Assembly (NCBI GenBank): GCA_964016885.1 | Contig: OZ024765.1 | Coordinates: forward strand, 15,562,001 to 15,626,000 | Length of the DNA stretch: 64,000 nt | Origin: Eledone cirrhosa | Lineage: Eukaryota | Direction: 5' to 3' | Shown: one piece after another, positions 1 through 14,834 of the stretch | Layout: each line of letters opens with the position of its first letter | Numbering within the stretch: position 1 is the first letter of the stretch | Program-made: the position numbers and the translations under genes | The notes under the pieces: model-generated | Databases searched by the model: none | Told to the model about the DNA's origin: nothing | Seen by the model: the letters and a program-made list of their open reading frames with translations, nothing else

Positions 1-54
<54 letters not shown>

Positions 55-186
55 ATATACGTATATGTATGTATATATATAGTTATAAATATATATATAG
101 ACATTTATATATATATATATATAGATGTGTGTGTGTATATACGTATATGTATGTATATATATAGTTATAAATATATATATATAGAC

Positions 187-228
<42 letters not shown>

Positions 229-279
229 ATATACGTATATGTATGTATATATATAGTTATAAATATATATATAGACATT

Positions 280-312
<33 letters not shown>

Positions 313-362
313 ATGTATATACGTATATGTATGTATATATATAGTTATATATATATATAGAC

Positions 363-430
<68 letters not shown>
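1..430. repeat. (TA)n tract with 4 tandem copies of a ~65-95 bp unit (GTGTATATACGTATATGTATG...AGACATTT)
   Basis: The unit recurs at about 46, 128, 220 and 305, separated by variable TA runs. Confidence 0.9.
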
Positions 431-432
<2 letters not shown>

Positions 433-729
433 ATGTGCGTGTGTTCAAGTGTGTGTCTCTCTCGGTTCACCAACATCTTGTATGTAACAACATTACAATG
501 AGTTGCTAGGCAAGGTGCATAAATTAAAAAAAAATATATTGTTTGTGAAATATCGTGTATAGTCTCATCACACGCGAATTAGTGGCAACTGAAGGAGTTG
601 GAGAGGAGGGGTAGGAGATGATGACACTGAAGATGGGGAGGGATAGGAGGTGATGATAGTGAAGATGGGAAGGAGTAGGAGCTGATGATAGAGAAGAGTG
701 AGGGTAGGAGGTTGTGATACAGAAGAGGG

Positions 730-1153
730 ACTTTTTTCTTCTTTTTTTCATTTTCTTCTTTTTTTCATTTTCTTCTTTTTCTTCTTTTGCTTCTTTTTCT
801 TTTTCTTCTCTTTCTCCTTTTTATCCTTCGACCCTTTCTTCTTTTTCTTTTGCTTCTTCTTTTTCTTTTTCTTCTTTTTCTTCTCTTTCTCCTTCTTCGT
901 CTTCTTTTTCTACTTCTTCTTCTTCTTCTTCTTTGTCTTTTTCTTCTTCTTCTTCTTTTTCGTCTCTTTCTTCTTCTTCTTTTTCTTCTTCTTCTCCTTC
1001 TCCTTCTTCTTCTTCATCTTCTTCTTCTTCTTCTTCTTCTTCTTCTTCTTCTTCTTCTTCTTCTTCTTCTTCTTCTTCTTTTTCGTCTCTTTCTTCTTCT
1101 TCTTCTTCTTCTTCTTCTTCTTCTTCTTCTTCTTCTTCTTCTTCTTCTTCTTT
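730..1153. repeat. (TTC)n-type simple repeat
   Basis: Seen directly. It accounts for the poly-F/S/L/E ORFs. Confidence 0.95.
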
Positions 1154-1219
1154 CACAGAAATTTTATTTCAATAGGAGAAAATACATTTGATATAATGTT
1201 TGATATTGAATAGAGAGGA

Positions 1220-1962
1220 CTGTGTGGTGGGTATGGTGGGGTGGTGGGGTTTTGTGTGTGTGGGTGGGTGGGGTATGCTGGCGTGATGTTGGGTATGGTG
1301 GGGTAGTTGTGGGGTGGTGTTGTGGTGTTGGCGGTAGTGCTGGGGTGGGTGGCGTTGGGGGGGTATGCTGAGGTGACGGGCTGGTGCCGGGTGTGTAGAA
1401 TATAGTAGGGGAGGGGGATGTTGGTGGTAGTAGTGGTGGTTGGTGGTGGTGGTATTAGTGGAATATCGGGTGTGTAGAGTAAGGTGGGGTGGTGTTGGTT
1501 GTGGTGGTGGTGGAGTGGTGGGATGGTGGTGGTGGTGGTGGGGATGGGGGTGGCGGGGATGGTGGGTGAGTGGTGGGGTGTTGGATCTGTAGATTATGGT
1601 GGTGTGGTGGATGTGGTGTTGGTGGTGGTATATTGGAGATGCGGTGTTGGTGGTGCTTGCTGCTGGTGGTGGTAGTCTTATATAGGGGAGGTGGTGTTGG
1701 TGGCGATGGTGATGCTGGTGATGTTAGATGGTGGTGGTGGTGGTGATGTTGGTTGTCTTCGTTGTGATAAATTGGAGTGGTGTTGTTGGTGTTGGTAGTG
1801 GTGGTGGTGGTGGTGGTGTTGGTGGTTTTGGTGGTGATAAATTGGAGTTGTGTCGTTGGTAGCGGTGGTGGTGGTGGTGGTGAGTTGATTGGTATTGTGG
1901 TGGTGTAGTTATTTGTGGTTGTGTCAGATTGGGGTTTTGTGGCGGATCCTGGGCTACGGTAT

Positions 1963-2022
<60 letters not shown>

Positions 2023-2393
2023 AATAAGAGAGAGAGGGAATACAATGTGAGAGTGAGACGACAATGAAAGAGGGAGACGACAATAAGAGAGAGAGTGAGA
2101 GAGTAATTAAGTGATATATGACAGGGAAACAGAGAGATAGAGAGGGGGGGGAGGGTGAAATAGAGTGATAGAGAGAGAGAGAGAAAAGGAGAGAGAGAGA
2201 AGGATATATATATATATGTAGAGAGAGAGAGAAAAAGAGAAAGTGTGAGAGAGGAAGAGAGACAAAGAGAGAAATAGTGTGAGAGAGAACGAGAAGGAGA
2301 TAGATAGATAGAGAGTGAAAGAAAGAGAGAGAGGGTGAAAGAAAGAGAAAGAGAGAGAGAGAGATAGACAAAGCGAGAGATAGAGTGAGATAG

Positions 2394-2460
<67 letters not shown>

Positions 2461-2570
2461 GATAGATAGATAGAGTGAAAGAAAGAGAGAGGTGGAGAGA
2501 GAAAGAGAGATAGAGAAATAAATAAATATAGAGAGAGGAGGAGGAGAAAGAGAGAAGGAGTGGACATAAA
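1220..2570. repeat. (GGT)-rich low-complexity tract followed by a (GA)n-rich tract
   Basis: GGT-rich from about 1220 to 1935 and GA-rich from about 1965 to 2570. Confidence 0.9.
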
Positions 2571-2840
2571 AGATAATTAAAGAAGGTATTGTAATTTTTT
2601 TTAATTAAAAACATGACTGGTTGGGTTTGAGTAGGAGGAGGGGAGGGCTGGTGGCGGAGAGAGAGAGAGGGGGTCGTAGGATTGGTGGGAGGAAGTTTCA
2701 GAGGGTCGTGGTGTGTGTGGAAAGGGGAGGGAGGATCATGGAATTGGTGGGAGGATTTTAGGGATGAAGGTGTGTAGAGGGTGGTTGAGGAGAGAGTGGG
2801 TCATATGATTGGTGAGAGTATGTTGAGTGAGGGGTCGTGG

Positions 2841-3375
2841 TGTGGGAGAGATGGTGGGAGAGCTGGTGAAAGGAGGGTCGCTGGGAGAGGGAGGGTATTT
2901 TAGACGTGGGGTGGGAGAGATGGTGGGAGAGATGGTGAAAGGAGGGTCGCTGGGAGAGGGAGGGTATTTTAGACGGTGGGGTGGGAGAGATGGTGAAAGG
3001 AGGGTCGCTGGGGGGGGGAGGGTATTTTAGACGGTGGGGTGGGAGAGATGGTGGGAGAGATGGTGAAAGGAGGGTCGCTGGGGGAGGGAGGGTATTTTAG
3101 ACGGTGGGGTGGGAGAGATGGTGGGAGAGATGGTGAAAGGAGGGTCGCTGGGGGTGGGAGGGTACTTTAGACGGTGGGTGGGAGAGATGGTGAAAGGAGG
3201 GTCGCTGGGGGAGGGAGGGTATTTTAGACGGTGGGGTGGGAGAGATGGTGGGAGAGATTGTGAACGGAGGGTCGCTGGGGGAGGGAGGGTATTTTAGACG
3301 GTGGGTGGGGGAGATGGTGGGAGAGATGGTGAAAGGAGGGTCGCTGGGAGAGGGAGGGTATTTTAGACGGTGGGG
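2841..3375. repeat. G-rich minisatellite, 8 units of ~57-70 bp
   Basis: The core GGAGGGTCGCTGGG..GGGAGGGTATTTTAGACG occurs 8 times, with one or two GTGGGAGAGATG subunits per unit. Confidence 0.92.
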
Positions 3376-3799
3376 TAGGAGAGGGAAGGTCATACATAGG
3401 ATTGGAGTGAGGGGGTAGTGGGTGGGTGTGTGGGTTGTGGGTGGAGGGTGGTGACGAGATGGATAGTATTGGAGAGGGTGTGGTGGGAGGGATGCTGGAA
3501 GGGAGAGGGAAGGGCATAAAATTGGTGGGAGGGTTTAGAGTGGTCGAGAGTGGGAGGGTGTGGGATGGGAGTCGTGGAAGGAATTTCGAGAGTGATGGAG
3601 AGTGTGAGGGTGTGGAGTGGTGGTGGAAGAGGGCGGGTGGGAGGTTGGGTGGGGAAGGTATAGAGGGTGAGAGAGTGGCGAGTGGGTGAGGGTGGGGAGT
3701 GGTGGTGGAAGGGAGCGCGTGGGACCTTGGGTGGGGAAGGTATAGAGGGTGAGAGAGTGGGAGTGTGTGTATGTGTGTATGTGTGTGTGTAGATATGAG

Positions 3800-3832
<33 letters not shown>

Positions 3833-4183
3833 ATGTGTGTATATGTGTGTGTAGATATGAGTATATATATATATATATATAATTCAATAATAAACAAAAT
3901 ATACAGAGGGATGTAAAACCTCAGTCTTCTATCTATCTATCTATATATTTATTTATCAACTACACACACACACACACACACACACACTATATATATATAT
4001 ATATATATATTAATATATACAAATAAATATAAATATTTACATATTTAAAATATATATATTTATATATACATACATATATATATATATATATATTTGTTTA
4101 TTTATACGTATATAAATAGACAGAAAGAGAGAGAGAAATAGAGAGAGAGTGAGAGAGACAGAGAGAGAGTGATATATATATAT

Positions 4184-4231
<48 letters not shown>

Positions 4232-4699
4232 ATATACAGAGAGAGAGAGAGAGGGAGAGAGAGAGAGACAGATTTAAAAAAAAAAATGATTTCTCTACAT
4301 CAATTATTACCTGCAGTTATTGTCAAACAGGAAATGCCGTTACAATAGAAGTTTGCCTAGTGTCCGAGCAGACGTGACCTTTTGGCAGAATTGGAGAGAC
4401 TTATAAACGGTAAATAGAAGCAGATTGTGCGATATTACTCTTGGCAATCACGTAATGCCATGAATGTAGATTCTGAAGACAAATTAACCAATTCCATACT
4501 TGGAAATATGGTTATATGTTTACATACAGGAAATAGATTGTGTCGGCTAATTTAGTTATTTATTCTCGTATCTTTTATTGCTTTTTTTTCTATTGTTTCA
4601 TTCGTTTAAGCACGTGGCTTGATGGTCAGAGAATTGGATTTGCAATTTGTGGTTTTGTTGTGTGTTCGATTCCACGACTGGGTGATGCGTTATATCTTT

Positions 4700-4915
4700 A
4701 TCAAATACCGGTCGCTCTCCGACAGGTTTGCGGTTGTACCTCTTTGGCAGTGGAGACTTCTGGTGGCCTCAGCCCTAGGGCTACCTCTCTGGCTGCAGGT
4801 GTGAGCCCCGCGAGTTACAGTGGCTCTTCCAGTGCGTCTCCCTTGCCGCCCTCCAGGGAAGGAAACGCCTTCCCTATTCTGTCGGCCCGGGGCTGTGGAG
4901 AGACAAGCCGATTAT
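4700..4915 (+). mobile_element. CRE-clade non-LTR retrotransposon, C-terminal (RLE-region) fragment, frameshifted
   Basis: Across frameshifts it reads KYRSLSDRFAVVP/AVETSGGLSPRA...EPRELQWLFQCVSLA...GNAFPILS, matching the KY..L...F.P.AVET.G..G....RGNA..IL end of CRE ORFs. It is also similar to 16400-16880. Confidence 0.7.
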
Positions 4916-5121
4916 GTTACGAATTCTGTTGAATAGTCTTTCGTATTAGATTTTGTTCTTCACAGACGTGTCTTTATCAGCAAAAGCAAAAGGATGACCA
5001 CTGGAAATAGAGTTTCCTTGGGTTGAAATGATGAGATCCTTCCCACTCGGTATTCGAATGAGGTCTGCGATCTTGTCAAACGAATCTATTATTGAATATA
5101 TGGGCATATCTATTTCAACAC

Positions 5122-5690
5122 GAGGAGACACGTGGCCTACTGACACGTGTGTTGGACTTACGATCATAATGACGTGGGTTAGATTCCTGCGTTGCATGTT
5201 GTGTTCTTGAGCAAAACACTTCATTTCACGTTGCTCCAGTATACTCAGCTGAAAATGAGTACCATCAATAGCTGGGGGTTTAACCCTATGATGTACTGGC
5301 GTGCTGTCCAGGGGGGAGTCTTGTACTCTCCGTCACTTTACACCATGAAACCGAGTTAAGCACCGGCCAAATGAGCCTTCTGGCTTAAGACAGACTTTAG
5401 ACTTTTGTGGAGGCACTTGGCCTATTAGTAAGGGTGTTGGACTTAGGATGAAAATGTCGTGGGTTGGTTCCTGGGTTGCCTGTTGTGTTCTTGAGCAAAA
5501 CACTTCATTTCACGTTTCTCCAGTATACTCAGCTGGAAATGAGTACCAGCAATAGCTGGGGGTTTAACCCTGCGATGGACTGGCGTCCTCTCCATGGAAA
5601 AGTATTGTACTATGTGTCGCTCTACGGCATGAAACCGGGATAAGCACTGGCCCAATGAGCCTTCTGGCTTAAGACAAACTTTAGACTTTT
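5122..5690 (+). mobile_element. Two tandem tRNA-derived SINEs with a CORE-like segment (5122-5405, 5408-5690)
   Basis: Two ~280 bp direct copies with degenerate A/B boxes, TGTGTTCTTGAGCAAAACACTTCATTTCAC and a short AGACTTT tail. Confidence 0.8.
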
Positions 5691-5780
5691 TTTAGATTTC
5701 AACACACGTTATATATATATATATATATATGTAAAAAAAATCAAAGAACGCACACAAACTCATACCATTTTTATTTGCTG

Positions 5781-6143
<363 letters not shown>

Positions 6144-6389
6144 CCCTGCCTTGTATTGATTATATCGATATAGTGACAGTTTTTGTATGTTTTTTCAAGA
6201 CTGCTATGTAAACGATCGATCTCTATTCGTCGAAGCTCTATGTCTCTGGTGTTTCATCTGTTTATCACAATTCGATATGCGTGGATCTGCTCAAGAAAAG
6301 CCATCCTTCTTTCACGCTCAGTGAAGTGGAAAACAGTGAGATAACAATATATTTATAGGCAGGTCGTTGAACCTAGCTAAAATACTCGA

Positions 6390-7420
6390 GTCAATTGCAG
6401 CATCTGTAGATGGTCGGACATCATGCTTTGTGGCATAGAGTTACTGCCATTTACGTTCTGATATCAAATCTGACCCAGGTTAACATTGATTTTCGTCCTT
6501 ACGTGATTGATAAAATAAAGAACCAGTATCGAACTGGGGTCAACTTAAACGATTTCCAAATACCCAAAATTGCTGCTTTGGTGCCTGAATCACTAACAAT
6601 TATTAAGGGTGATGAATTGGCAGAATAGGTAGAGCGTCGGACACCATGCTTAGCAACATAGAGTTAGGGACCTTTGGTTTCTGAGTTCAAATCCTGCCGA
6701 GGTTAGCTTTGCATTTCATCCTTACGGGGTCGATAAAATAAAGTACCAGTAATGTACTGAGATAATTGCTGACCTTGTGTCAAAGATAAAAACAATTATT
6801 ATTAATAGAGCACCAGACACGATGCTTTGCAGCATAAAGTTATGGCCTTTTGCATTCTGAGTTCAAATCCCGCCGAGATTTTGCTTTGCATATCATCGCT
6901 ACGGGGTCGATAAAATAAAGTACCAGTAACGCACTGGGGTCGATCTAATCGACTTTCCCCTCCCCCAATTACAGACCTTGTGCCTATACTAGAAATCATT
7001 ATTATCATTATTATTATTGTTGTTATTATCAGGGCGGTGGATTGGCAGTATCGGTAGAGGGTCACACGCCATGCATTGCAGCATAGGGTTACGGCCGTTT
7101 ATGATCTGAGTCCAAATCCAACCGATGTTAACTTTGCCTTTCGTGCTTACGGGGTCGATAAAATAAAGTATCAATAACGAACTGGAGTCGATTTAATCGA
7201 CTTTCCCCTCCACCCAAATGACTGTTCTTGTGCCTGGCAGTATCGGTAGAGAGTCGGACGTCATGCTTTCCAGCATAGAGTTACGTCTCTTTACGGTCTG
7301 AGTTCAAATCCCGCCGAGGTTAACTTTGCATTTCTTCCTTACGGGGTCGATAAAATAAAGTACCAGTAATGTACTGGCGTAATTGCTGGTCTTGTGCCAA
7401 CGGTAGAAACACTTATTATT
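6390..7420 (+). mobile_element. Head-to-tail cluster of five tRNA-derived SINEs with a Nin/Deu-like central domain
   Basis: Five copies, the first degenerate, carrying GAGTTCAAATCC (B box), TTTGCCTTTCATCCTTACGGGGTCGATAAAATAAAGTACCAG and mostly an (ATT)n tail. Confidence 0.85.
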
Positions 7421-7614
7421 ATCAATATGTCAGTTAACATCTTCAAAGGAACAGGGATATACAAGGATTAGTAGAAGATCAGATTCCTTCTAGAATGGCG
7501 TTTAAAAAGAGAGGCTAGGGAAAGAATTTATATGGATATCTATAATTGAAAACAGAATATCACACACGCATACAGACACACGCATACAAACACACACACA
7601 CACACAAACACATA

Positions 7615-7655
<41 letters not shown>

Positions 7656-7686
7656 AACACATACACACACACATATATACATATAT

Positions 7687-7878
7687 AGGGCGGTGGATTG
7701 GCAGTATCGGTAGAGGGTCGGACGCCATGCTTTCCAGCATAGTTACGCTCCTTTACGATCTGAGTTCAAATCCCGCCGAGGTTGACTTTGCCTTTCATCC
7801 TTACGGAGGTCGATAAAATAAAGTACCAGTAATGCACTGGGTAATTGCTGGCCTTGTGCCTAAAGTAGAAACAATTAT
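7687..7878 (+). mobile_element. Full-length Nin/Deu-domain SINE. Further copies: 12725-12910(-), 13112-13200(-), 17137-17325(+), 22181-22272(+), 27988-28248(-, x2), 32513-32585(-), 39652-39770(+), 50070-50203(-), 50439-50550(+), 50981-51165(+), 54063-54495(+, x2), 61538-61718(+), 63571-63630(-)
   Basis: A-box-like TGGCAGTATCGG, B box GTTCAAATCC, conserved CCTTTCATCCTTACGG..GTCGATAAAATAAAGTACCAG and an ATT tail. About 20 copies are in the window. Confidence 0.88.
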
Positions 7879-7899
7879 TATATATATATATATATAATT

Positions 7900-7940
<41 letters not shown>

Positions 7941-8122
7941 GTGTGTACGTATATATAAATATGTACAAAGAAGAAAAGTGATAGTTATGCTTATATGTTT
8001 ATATATCAGTGTCTCACCTACTGAAAAAAAAAAAATATATATATATATGTGTGTGTGAGTGTTTGTGTTGTATGTATGTGTATATATATATGCATGTGTA
8101 TATATATATGTATGTACATATA

Positions 8123-8161
<39 letters not shown>

Positions 8162-8164
8162 TAT

Positions 8165-8208
<44 letters not shown>

Positions 8209-8563
8209 TATATAAAAATATATATATACACACATACACACGCGCACATACACACATATATATATATTTTTTTATAACTGTATATATATTGTGCGCATTC
8301 GTGCGGACGTGTAAATGTATATATTTTTATATCTTATATATCGCTGTATATATACAGATATTTGTATAAAGAATACATAGCATGTATATCAATATAAATA
8401 AATTCAGTACAGAAATATGTTTGGTTCTCATATTTCTGTAATAACATCTCATAGTTTCAGACCAATGTTAGATCTCTATATTGCTGTAGTGTATTTCTTT
8501 ATATATTATAGGTGTATATGTGTATAGACAGATGTGTGTGTATATATGTATATATATATATAT

Positions 8564-8604
<41 letters not shown>

Positions 8605-8624
8605 TTCCCTTTGTGTACATATAA

Positions 8625-8730
<106 letters not shown>

Positions 8731-8800
8731 ATATATATTTATATATGTATATATATATAATATATATGCATATATATATATATATATATATATTTATTTA

Positions 8801-8877
<77 letters not shown>

Positions 8878-8888
8878 GTATGTATATA

Positions 8889-8927
<39 letters not shown>

Positions 8928-8946
8928 GTATATGTATATATATATA

Positions 8947-9018
<72 letters not shown>

Positions 9019-9349
9019 CAAATGTACATATGTATATACACACACACATGTTTATATATATATATTATATACATAAATATATACATATATATAGACATAC
9101 ATATATATATATATATATAAAGTTACATATATATATAAAGCTATATATGTCCGCCACGATAATGTTATTAAGATGTATTTATATATTGACATATATATAT
9201 TTTTTCCCCCATATTTATCTAAACTGTTCTAAATATTTATCTTCATCTCAACTTATCTGTTTTCATTTCATGTTTAACTAGATAACTGTTTTTTTTTTCT
9301 TTTTTTTCATATCATTCTTTCAGTTATATATCTCACCACAATTTTTATC

Positions 9350-9409
<60 letters not shown>

Positions 9410-9481
9410 TATATATTAATATATTTTTATATATCTACATTTATAATTATCTATCTATATATCTATATATATATATCTACA

Positions 9482-9600
<119 letters not shown>

Positions 9601-9931
9601 CTATGTATACATATAGATATATGAATGTATATATATGTAGATATATAAAAATATATTTATATATATGCATGTATATATTTATATATATAGATATATATGT
9701 GTGTGTTGGTGTGTATACACGTATATATTTCTTTTTTCTATCAGTTTGTTTTCTCATGTATATATATATTTCAGCAACGCTTTAAACGGTCCATTTAATA
9801 TAACTACGATATTGCCTTCGAAACCGAAGTAGGAACGACAAAAAACATATCTTATAGACATATATATAATAAATATATACATACATGTAAGGAATACACA
9901 CACACACACACACACACACACATATCTATAT

Positions 9932-9993
<62 letters not shown>

Positions 9994-10208
9994 ATATATA
10001 TTTGTATAAATATATATATATATACATATATATAAGTATATATGTATATATATATATTTGTATGTATATATATTTGTATGTATTCATATACATATACATA
10101 TATATATATATATGTTAAAGAACAGAAATAACACAGTTGCACAAGAACAAAGAAAGAAAAAAATATGCTTAACACCTAACCAAGATCTGTACACGAATAA
10201 AACTATTA

Positions 10209-10252
<44 letters not shown>

Positions 10253-10441
10253 CATGAAGGAAATGTGGTAAGGAACCAAGTGGACCATAACGCACCAAAA
10301 TACTCAATACTTAGGGTAGTAGAGTGGGTAATAGGAACGAGTAGGACCCCGACGGCTGAGCTCAAGTCGTTTCGACGCCTAATTCTGGGCTGAATTAGCC
10401 GTCGATACGGCTTGAGCTCAGCCGTCGAGGTCCTACTGGTT

Positions 10442-10446
<5 letters not shown>
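10253..10446 (-). mobile_element. Family A fold-back element in (TA)n (half-hammerhead hairpin plus ~80 bp tail)
   Basis: Inverted arms of ~57 bp across 10331-10446 plus the unpaired tail GAAGGAAATGTGGTAAGGAACC...GAGTGGGTA. Confidence 0.88.
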
Positions 10447-10502
<56 letters not shown>

Positions 10503-10728
10503 TGCGGGTATATATATATGTATGTATATGTAGGTATGTGTGTATTTATGTTAATAAGTATATGTTACTACATACATACTTACATTACAAATGTAGTTTC
10601 GTACATGTATATATATATATTAATAGATTGTCTTTCACTATTTCTTCGTCCACAACTTTCCTTTCCAATAGTGAAATATTTCCCCCCATACCTATGCATT
10701 TGATATATTTACCTTTAGATACATACAA

Positions 10729-10826
<98 letters not shown>

Positions 10827-10901
10827 ATGTATATATATATGTACATATATATGTATATATATGTATGTATATATATATATGTATGTATATATGTATATAT
10901 G

Positions 10902-10942
<41 letters not shown>

Positions 10943-10961
10943 TCATATATATATATATATG

Positions 10962-11044
<83 letters not shown>

Positions 11045-11049
11045 CTATC

Positions 11050-11372
<323 letters not shown>

Positions 11373-11375
11373 CAT

Positions 11376-11470
<95 letters not shown>

Positions 11471-11838
11471 TATTTATAAATGTATATATATATATTAATC
11501 AATATATATATATATATATTTATAAATATATATATATATATATATAGTTTTAATATAGATGAGATTCTACAGGACTAGAACTGTTTCATTCATTAGAAAT
11601 CATCAATTAAAACTTTTATACTCTGCTATGTATTGAGTACCTTACTTAATGTGGTTACCTCCGATTCAACCCGGAATAACGTATATATATATATATATAT
11701 ATACATACATGTGTGTGTGTCTGTGTGTGTATGTTTGTACATGTATTTATGTGTATACACAAACACACACATATATATATATATATCTATACATATATAT
11801 ATGTGTTTGTATATATATATATACACATACATATATGT

Positions 11839-11892
<54 letters not shown>

Positions 11893-12091
11893 ATACACAC
11901 ATATATACATATATGTGTGAATATATATACCCAGTATCAGTATGAGCGTGTCTGCCAACTGGGGAACTATACATCAAAGATTGCTGACCGTGTCAAGCGA
12001 TTGATTATCGCACATTCCCTTGGCTAATATTTGATCTGAGGTTAGTTTGATCCGGATCGGACTCCGTTCAAATACCCTCTGACTGCGGCCA

Positions 12092-12289
12092 TTGCCACTG
12101 CTACTACTACTACTACTACTACTGCTGCTACTACTACTACTACTACTACTACTGCCACTACTACTGTTGCTGCTGCTACTGCTACTACTACTACTACTAC
12201 TATTACTACTATTACTACTACTACTACTAATACTACTGCCAATACTACTGTTGCTGCTGCTACTACTACTACTACTATTACTACTGCTG

Positions 12290-12324
<35 letters not shown>

Positions 12325-12436
12325 GCCACTACTACTACCACTACTACTACTGCTACTACCATTACTACTGTTGCTGCTACTGCTACTACTACTACTACTA
12401 TTACTACTATTACCACTACTAATGTTGCTGCTACTG

Positions 12437-12481
<45 letters not shown>

Positions 12482-12532
12482 ATACTACTACTGCTGTTAC
12501 CACTAATACTGCTGCTGCTGCTACTACTACTA

Positions 12533-12564
<32 letters not shown>

Positions 12565-12597
12565 ACTACTAGTACTACTAGTACTAGCACTACTACC

Positions 12598-12666
<69 letters not shown>

Positions 12667-12730
12667 GCTGCTGCTGCTACTACTTCTGCTACGACTACTA
12701 CTGCTACTAATCGTAATAATAATAATAATT
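12092..12730. repeat. (CTA)n/(CTG)n trinucleotide repeat
   Basis: Seen directly. It accounts for the poly-S/V/L ORFs. Confidence 0.95.
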
Positions 12731-13077
12731 GTTTCCACTTTTGGCACAAGGTCAGCAATTACTCAGTACATTACTGGTACTTTATTTTATCGACCCCGTA
12801 AGGATGAAAGGCAAAGTTAACCTCGGCGGGATTTGAACTCAGAATGGCAAGGACCGTAACTCTATGCGTCAAATCATGGCGTCCGACCCTCTACCGTTAA
12901 TGCCATTTTAATAATATTAATAATAATAATAATAATAATTACATTAATTGGCCGCAAGGGCCGCCATATAGGGGACACTACAAAAGATAGGGGCAGTGGC
13001 GGTTTACATATACAACTTGTAAACAATATTTGTAACAATAACAAAATAACAATAAAAATACAACGAAAATTCCCAAT

Positions 13078-13114
<37 letters not shown>

Positions 13115-13241
13115 GTTTCTTATATAGGCACAAGCCCAGCAATTTTGGGGGAGGGAAAAATCGATTAAATCGCCCCAGTGCGTGACTGGTACTTTATTTT
13201 ATATATATAATAAATTTGAAGACTAAAATCCAAATATGTCA

Positions 13242-13272
<31 letters not shown>

Positions 13273-13273
13273 C

Positions 13274-13304
<31 letters not shown>

Positions 13305-13520
13305 TGTTCCTATCCCTTTATATCCCTGTTCCCATCCCTATATATGTTCCTATCCCTTTCTGTTTTCCTTTATTTGACCGGTAGTAGCACACTGTTTTCT
13401 TTAGCCACGTCACTCGAGGGCGACCGTCAATGGTAGAAGATGCTGGATGGCGGTCGCCCTCGGGCCCTCGATTTTTAGCCCCATGGATTTTATCTACTAC
13501 ATTCACTAATTATATTTCGA

Positions 13521-13578
13521 ATACCTGATGATATCACCGAATTCATACGGAACCCGGTCATTGAAATGATCATAGTAT
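13521..13578 (+). ncRNA. Type I hammerhead ribozyme motif
   Basis: Stem I ATAC/GTAT, core CTGATGA at 13525-31, stem II ACCG/CGGT, GAAA at 13563-66, palindromic stem III ATGATCAT, AUA cleavage triplet with the cut after 13574. Confidence 0.8.
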
Positions 13579-14123
13579 AATAAACCTTTCAAGGATTTAC
13601 ACAAATCCAGCCTCCTGTCATTACATTATAATATTTAACTCCGTAATAGCACCAACCACTACAAAAACAAAGACGGTTGAACTGCTTTACGTTGAGTAAT
13701 CTCCATATTATTACATTGAGATTGACCATACGAAATTGACCAGCTCTATCCAGTGGTGAACCTCAAACCTGAATGCATATATATATATATATAAATGAAA
13801 ATAGAGAAATTCTTTCTGTGCGAAATTCTTTCATTGCTCACATTTCGACTAGGTTTGATGGTCTTTATTCTCTCTCGTTAACGATTTCACAGAACTTATA
13901 TTCATAGATTTCTGGGACTTGACTCCTTCTTCCTCACTTTTCGTTGCATTACCATCTTTGATTGTTTACAGTCTCGCTCGTTCCCCTTATTTACGTGTCC
14001 CAACGACATTCTTTAGCCGTTGCTCGCACCAACCGGAGGTGTATGGTCATTAAAGCGATGAAATACCAATGAAGGTTGGAAGATCACTGATGAAGGACTA
14101 AATTTATTCATATATATATTTAA

Positions 14124-14239
<116 letters not shown>

Positions 14240-14429
14240 GTATATATATATGTATATATATATATAATATGTATATATATATATATATGTATATTCCGGC
14301 TTTGTAAAACATCTCATGTATTTACATTGAGCTATTTTTCTTACTGGTAATAAGGTGGTAATGAATTACTGACGTTTCCTGTTTATAATTATATATAGTG
14401 TATATATAAGTATAAATATTATTATTATG

Positions 14430-14472
<43 letters not shown>

Positions 14473-14501
14473 TCACACACATATGTATATATGTATGTAT
14501 T

Positions 14502-14580
<79 letters not shown>

Positions 14581-14641
14581 ATGTATGTGAATATATACAT
14601 CAACCCGCCCGTCACCTCAATCTATCTTATTTCTCATTCCT

Positions 14642-14677
14642 TCTTCCGATGAAGGACTAGCGCCCGAAACGTTAAGA
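14642..14677 (+). ncRNA. Minimal type I hammerhead motif (CCGAUGA core variant) in a PLE-like terminus, 14600-14775
   Basis: TCTT-CCGATGA-AGG..CCC-GAAAC-GTT-AAGA gives stem I TCTT/AAGA, loopless palindromic stem III ACGT and a GUU triplet. The element is flanked by TA tracts. Confidence 0.7.
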
Positions 14678-14773
14678 CCCACTTCCTGCTATTTCAAGCG
14701 TTAATCCAATATATCCCTTCCTTATACTGTAACGATTGTGTTGTTATTTCTGTTTACCTTTTACATACATACA

Positions 14774-14834
<61 letters not shown>

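Noticed and set aside
4311-4472. Minus-strand segment with good acceptor (TTTGTCTTCAG) and donor (CAG|GTAATA); alternatively a plus-strand mini-exon CPSRRDLLAELERLIN spliced to 4966
   Set aside because: The minus segment has stops in all three frames. The plus model has a weak acceptor and no recognisable homology. A UTR or non-coding exon cannot be excluded without RNA data.
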